A stretch of 64,000 bases of DNA, taken from contig OZ255721.1 in NCBI GenBank assembly GCA_965277285.1, positions 960,001 to 1,024,000 on the forward strand, read 5' to 3'. The position numbers were made by a program, and so were the translations under genes. The notes below the pieces were generated by a model. That model saw only the letters and a list, made by a program, of their open reading frames with translations, was not told the DNA's origin and searched no databases. Positions within the stretch are counted from its first letter, which is position 1. The number at the start of each line of letters is the position of its first letter. Source of the DNA: Abditibacteriaceae bacterium (lineage in GTDB: Bacteria > Armatimonadota > Abditibacteriia > Abditibacteriales > Abditibacteriaceae). Positions 61,362-64,000 of this stretch are shown here, piece by piece.

Positions 61362-62489
61362 TCAGTGCGATGCGCGCCAATCGGCGCTGTAGACAATAAC
61401 AAAGCCGGAAACGATGTCGCGCAAGTCTTTTTCGCTTGTCCCGATTTGCAATTTCGTCGTGTAAACGACGCGCGGATGACCATTTGGCAACGTATCATAC
61501 GGCAGCGTGTCGTGATAAGAAACGTTCAGAAAGCGTTTGCCGTCCGCCGCAAAGGCGAAAAACTGGCCTTCTGCCAAACGCGTCATGTGCCCGTCAATAA
61601 CGGACGCGCGAAAATAAACGTCTTCGTGACCGCTGCTGGTGCTTTCATCCGAAGCGAACAAAAACGCTTGCGAAGTATTCGGAATCGGTTCGACATAACT
61701 GCGCCAATCAGGAAGATCGCCGTCGCCATCTTTCTTCATCGCAAAGCGGCGTAAAACGCGTCCTGTCGGATCCATCAGCGACAAATTGTCGATTCCCGTG
61801 ACATCACCGTTTTTGTCGCGCGCTTTTTCCACAGCGGCAGCGAAAACGTTGGGAGAAATCCAGGCGAAGCTATTCGGCGCGTTCGTCGGCAGGTCTTGCG
61901 TTTGATTGCTGCGCAAATCGAGTACTCGAAAGTTCGTTTCAGCGCCGCTTAAAAGCAGTTTTCGGCTGTCCGGCGACCACGCATAATGATCGACATTGAG
62001 GATGCGTTGGGCTTTGCGCGTGCGAAGGTTCATCAGATATAAAGTTTCAGCATCTGTTTTTCCAACTGCCGCATAATGAATGAGACCGATGGTTCTTCCA
62101 TCGGGCGACCAGCGCAAGCTGTCCCAATAATTGGACGCGCTGATGTCCATCAATTTCGTGAGGTTGGTGCCGTCAGCGTTCGCCAGCAGCCACGTTTTGT
62201 CGTCGCGCAAAAACGTGATTTGTCGTCCGTTTGGCGACCATGTTGCCATCGTGTCGTCGTGCGCGCCGAAAGTGATCTGTCGCTTTCCCGAACCATCGGG
62301 ATTGATGCGGTAAAGGTGAAAGTGGCTGCTGCCGTTGCGCGTTCCAGGCTTCAGATAATAACGCGCGCTATAAAGAATGTCGCCGTTGCCCGCCGTTTTC
62401 GCAACGCGCGCCTGGCTTGCAGCGCACGTCAATAAAAGACTTGAGAGAACGAACGCCTGTTTTTTCCACGCTATTTTTGCTTTCCGCAT
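61362..62489 (-). CDS. Secreted TolB/PD40 beta-propeller protein
   Basis: Signal peptide; WSPNGR, WSPDGR, WSPDSR repeats. Confidence 0.82.
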   Translation of the reverse strand: MRKAKIAWKKQAFVLSSLLLTCAASQARVAKTAGNGDILYSARYYLKPGTRNGSSHFHLYRINPDGSGKRQITFGAHDDTMATWSPNGRQITFLRDDKTWLLANADGTNLTKLMDISASNYWDSLRWSPDGRTIGLIHYAAVGKTDAETLYLMNLRTRKAQRILNVDHYAWSPDSRKLLLSGAETNFRVLDLRSNQTQDLPTNAPNSFAWISPNVFAAAVEKARDKNGDVTGIDNLSLMDPTGRVLRRFAMKKDGDGDLPDWRSYVEPIPNTSQAFLFASDESTSSGHEDVYFRASVIDGHMTRLAEGQFFAFAADGKRFLNVSYHDTLPYDTLPNGHPRVVYTTKLQIGTSEKDLRDIVSGFVIVYSADWRASH

Positions 62490-62692
62490 TATATTGGCTC
62501 CTCACGTTTCTGGTGCGCTTCCATTGTGGGACATTTCGCGCGTTTCGGCAAATGTTGCGTAAGAACGCATATCGAGTACTCGAATGCGGCGATAGATAGC
62601 GAACCCGAAGCGTCAGCGAGGGAGATTGAATCGAGTCCACAATAGTTGAAGTAGTTCATAAATCTCCCTCGCGGACGCTTCGGGTTCGCTGT

Positions 62693-63796
62693 TCAGATTC
62701 CGATCAGCTCGCGGACGGCTTCGACGACTTGCGGAGGTTCCAAGCGCGTTAGGCATTTGCGCTCGTCTTCGCCGCTCCATTTGCATTGCGAAAGAAGGCA
62801 CGGCGAGCATTCCACAGGATGGCGCACGATGCGATGCGGCACGCCGCGCGGCCCGGTTTTGCGCCAATCAGTCGGGCCAAATAGGCCGACAACGGGCGTT
62901 CCCATCGCTGCCGCCAAATGCAACACGCCGCTGTCGATGCCGACGAAAAGGCGCGCTTGTCCGCACAACGCTGCTAATGTCGGCAAATCGGTTTGTCCAC
63001 CCAAATCGACGACCGCATTTTGCAATTGCGACGTGACACCGAGCGTTGGTTCGGTGCCGACGAGAACAATCGGCAGATGCGGCGAGAGAGCATCGAGCGC
63101 GGTTTTCCAGTACTCGACAGGCCATTCTTTGATGACGCGCCGCGCGCTCGCTTCGCATGCCACCATCAAAAACGCGCCGCGCACGCCATTTTTCTCCAGC
63201 AAATCGCTCGCAGTTTTCTGAACAGTTGGCGACAGCGACAACAAATTGGTGTAATCGCGCTTGTGAATCGGGCAGCCCATCGCAGCGACGAGGTTCAAAT
63301 GCGTTTCGATGGTTGGTGGCACATCGCCCGCGACGCGATCCGTGAGCAAGTTTTCCAGGTGCGCCGATTCGTAACCTAATCGCGTCGCAGCGCCGCTTGT
63401 CCAGCACAGCATTGATGTATTGCGCGATTGCGAAAAGGCGACGCAAACATCGGCGTGCAGCGAGCGCAGGCGACGCATCAGCGAAGTCTGGCGCGACAAA
63501 CCGCCGCGCGGACGCAGCAAAATCTCATCGACAAAGGGCGAATCGCGCAGCAACGGTGCCAAGCCAGGACGCACTACGGAAGTGATTTTCGCACCGGGAA
63601 AACCTTCGCGCAGCGCGTGCAAAGCGGGCAAAGTAAACAGCAAATCGCCCAGGCCGTTCATGTGAAAAGTGACAATGCGCGTGACGGGAACCGACAAAAT
63701 GACCGGCGAGGCCAGCGCCGCCGGTTTACGCGCCGCGACAACGTTCGTGACGGCATTCGCCTTGGTCACAGTGCTTGCTGGCGGCGCGCTTGTCAT
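62693..63796 (-). CDS. Glycosyltransferase family 9 (heptosyltransferase)
   Basis: GLGDLL..LPA, KEWP, DSGVLHLAAA.GTP..GLFGPT; start uncertain. Confidence 0.9.
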   Translation of the reverse strand: MTSAPPASTVTKANAVTNVVAARKPAALASPVILSVPVTRIVTFHMNGLGDLLFTLPALHALREGFPGAKITSVVRPGLAPLLRDSPFVDEILLRPRGGLSRQTSLMRRLRSLHADVCVAFSQSRNTSMLCWTSGAATRLGYESAHLENLLTDRVAGDVPPTIETHLNLVAAMGCPIHKRDYTNLLSLSPTVQKTASDLLEKNGVRGAFLMVACEASARRVIKEWPVEYWKTALDALSPHLPIVLVGTEPTLGVTSQLQNAVVDLGGQTDLPTLAALCGQARLFVGIDSGVLHLAAAMGTPVVGLFGPTDWRKTGPRGVPHRIVRHPVECSPCLLSQCKWSGEDERKCLTRLEPPQVVEAVRELIGI

Positions 63797-64000
63797 CGGC
63801 GCAGAGTTCGAGAAGTTGGTGGACAAAGGCGGCGCTTTCATGCAGGAAAAGCCAGTTCGTAAAATGTCATGCGTGTCTGATGGTTCGCGGTACGAAACAA
63901 AATCTGCAGCCACAAATTGAGTCAGCGAATAATTTCATTCCAAGAAAACGCTTTTGTGACGATATTCCGCGAACCTCAAGTGTTGACTTTAAGTGTGCGG

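Overview
Bacterial chromosomal window from a diderm, moderately GC-rich organism. It carries housekeeping genes (hom, thrC, purC, tilS, ftsH, folP/B/K, panD), a nitrate-assimilation/molybdate cluster, an LPS inner-core cluster, a recent IS5-family insertion and several REP-like palindrome families. Two things stand out. (1) A minus-strand unit at about 17.3-22.3 kb reads: sigma70 promoter, leader ORF with terminator/antiterminator, 12 tRNA genes (several atypical), eight tandem Y-RNA-like modules, Ro60/TROVE, and a cyclic-phosphate-processing receiver-like protein. Three of the modules are tRNA scaffolds whose anticodon arm is replaced by a circularly permuted Ro-binding-type stem. (2) The 12-bp palindrome TCGAGTACTCGA occurs about 45 times perfectly, plus about 18 one-mismatch copies (hand counts), in coding and non-coding DNA. 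It resembles a HIP1-like or uptake-sequence-like genome motif. All protein calls come from motif recognition, not database searches.
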